Of a DNA stretch of 64,000 nucleotides, positions 62,020-64,000 are shown one piece after another. Made by a program: the position numbers and the translations under genes. The number at the start of each line of letters is the position of its first letter. The first letter of the stretch is position 1. This DNA comes from Dicyema japonicum (taxonomy: Eukaryota; Animalia; Dicyemida), in NCBI GenBank assembly GCA_011109175.1, contig RDEW01000035.1:1-64000 (forward strand), written 5' to 3'. The notes beneath the pieces are model-generated. The model did not search any database. It saw only the letters and a program-made list of their open reading frames with translations, and was not told where the DNA came from.

Positions 62020-64000
62020 TTAGTTAAGTACATTGTTTAAGACAGGCAAATATCTAAAATTAATAATATTACCTACCTTGAATTCCACTCTTCTATTCGA
62101 AATCGAAAATCAGTTTTACCAATAAATGAACTCAAACTTCGTAGACATATTTTAGCAGAATTTTTGGCTTGAATAGAATCGGACTCCTACACATTACGGT
62201 TAGAAAAACCAAAGTATAAAACATAGTATCGAAAAAATGATTGATGTATTTGCTAAAGAGTTTCAATCCTAACATGCTTGCAATTGAGGGTAACTAAAGG
62301 TAATATTACAGGATTAACTAAATTGCATAGAGTCTTGGAAAAATCCCAATATCTTGTATAATTTTTAAACGAAGCTGCAAAAATTAATGAATTCAACAAA
62401 TCATCTGATGATTGAATACACATATTTTTTACGTTAACGTCACATTTTAATAGTTCGACAAAAAGAAAAAGGCATCTATTTTATGAAACAAAGGAAAACC
62501 CTTCCGCTTCTTCCCATTCTTCTGCTTTCTTATACATTATCGATGGGCATGAGCATCCACAGGTTAATTTTGTATTCCTGGAAAATTTCGGTGCGAGTGA
62601 TCCGCATGAATACATCTGTTTGTTACTATGAAGTTCAAAATCGTTGTCATATGCACTTTTAGCAACGGAAAATGTAGCACGGCCTGGCTCCAACGTTCGG
62701 AAACGTTCAGGGACAGAATCTTGGTTTTTCATAGCCATAAAAGCATTTTTGATGGTTTCAAAAATTTTTGGAAACAAATCATCTTTAAAAATTTAAATAT
62801 AAAATTAACTATAAGCAACACATAAAGTAGAAATAGAAGTAGCAGCTCCTGAACGAACATAAGATATGGAATCACGAAGATTAACTAAATAAAGAGACCA
62901 CAAAGTTTCTAGAAATTTTCTAATTTTAATTCTATTGAAGTTACCTTCCTTCTTCTGGAAATTTCAAAGCTAATCTGCTGCTGGAGAGACACGCGGCTTT
63001 TAATAGGTCATAAATTATACCATCACGAACAGGCCAGCTGTCGTCACCAAATGAGAAGATAAACATTTCAAAAAATAAATTAGCATAAGGCCGCATTACT
63101 TCACTATTAATCTAAAATATATAATTACTAGTAAACCTTTAAAACTAACTCATTTACAGCAATACATGCACATTCTCTTACTGCATGATTCTCGGATTGA
63201 CATTCCTCTAAATAATACTTTACCTAAATTAAATAAGCAAATTAACAGTTTGCTCAAAATGATCCTCTATTAGTTGTCTTCCTGATTGAAGTGTTACTTC
63301 CGACCACACCTTCTGTGCTAGAAGTCGAACTCCTTCCCCCAAATAATAACTGGAAAATAAGGAAATATTTTTTCACCGATTTAAGCATAATGGTGGTAGT
63401 AAAATTGTGATAAATGTGTCCTTTTCAATCTGATTAAAATCAAATTTCTCAACAGAATTGAAAAACAATCTGGTTGCTTCGACAGCTGATCTTCGAACCT
63501 AATATAAATAAAATTGTCTAGAATAAACCTGACTCCAGTTATCAGACAATCCAATACGAAGTTGTTCAGCTTTATTATCCGATAACAGTAACTTTTTGAA
63601 TATTTCTGTATTAATTTCGCCGACTATAAGATGAGTCAAACCGAAACTTGTAAGTGTATCATACAGCGATGAAAGAATTTTATATAACTTTTCCTTAACA
63701 AAACGGTTATCACATGCGAAAGCAGAATCTACAACTTCACACAATTCGCCATTAAAATAATAAAAAAAGAATCTGAATTGTGTTCTATTATCAAATTTAA
63801 AGCTCTAAAATGACAAACAAAAATACTCAAGCCATGTGACAAGATACCGCCAACTTGAAGAATCAAGAATAATCTCTTTAGCTGAGACTCCGATCTTAAA
63901 CGTAAAATTATTTTCAATAAACCATAGAAATTGAACATTCCTCATTTTGGTGCAATTCTCGTTTTAAGGGACCCGTAGATAATGAATTTTTAGTTTTTTT
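62020..64000 (-). CDS. ARM/HEAT-repeat protein of unknown function, multi-exon; 5' end outside the window
   Basis: GLSDNWSQV|RRSAVEA, GEGVRLLAQKVW, DDSWPVRD, MYSCGSLAPK and EEWEEAEG, with micro-introns. Confidence 0.7.

Overview
This is an AT-rich eukaryotic (animal) genomic window, not prokaryotic. Host genes are split by very short GT-AG spliceosomal introns (21-28 nt in the cases counted by hand), which hides most of them from the ORF track. Hand splicing recovers: the 5' end of a probable proteasome ATPase (PSMC4/Rpt3), a secreted acidic protein with three ShK-toxin domains, MRPL22, ribophorin I (RPN1), a tiny KGD4/MRPS36, a ~10.7 kb USP34, a TSP1/Ig membrane protein, SURF1, UTP6, an intronless class III POU gene and a partial HEAT/ARM-repeat gene. 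The micro-introns and a protostome-type MRPL22 fit a dicyemid mesozoan best, but that is inference. Much of the rest is nested transposon sequence: RTE-clade LINEs (three long copies), R4/Dong-like and CRE-like restriction-like-endonuclease retroelements, I/jockey LINEs, hAT and pogo DNA transposons, a tRNA-derived SINE family and a 95-bp satellite between ~110-bp inverted repeats. The strongest leads are the micro-intron system, the ShK-domain gene, a conserved 5' motif on near-leaderless RTE elements, a TSD-bounded RTE insertion carrying extra DNA and a second 3' end, and the SINE/RTE 3' similarity. All family assignments come from motifs recognised by eye; no search was run.
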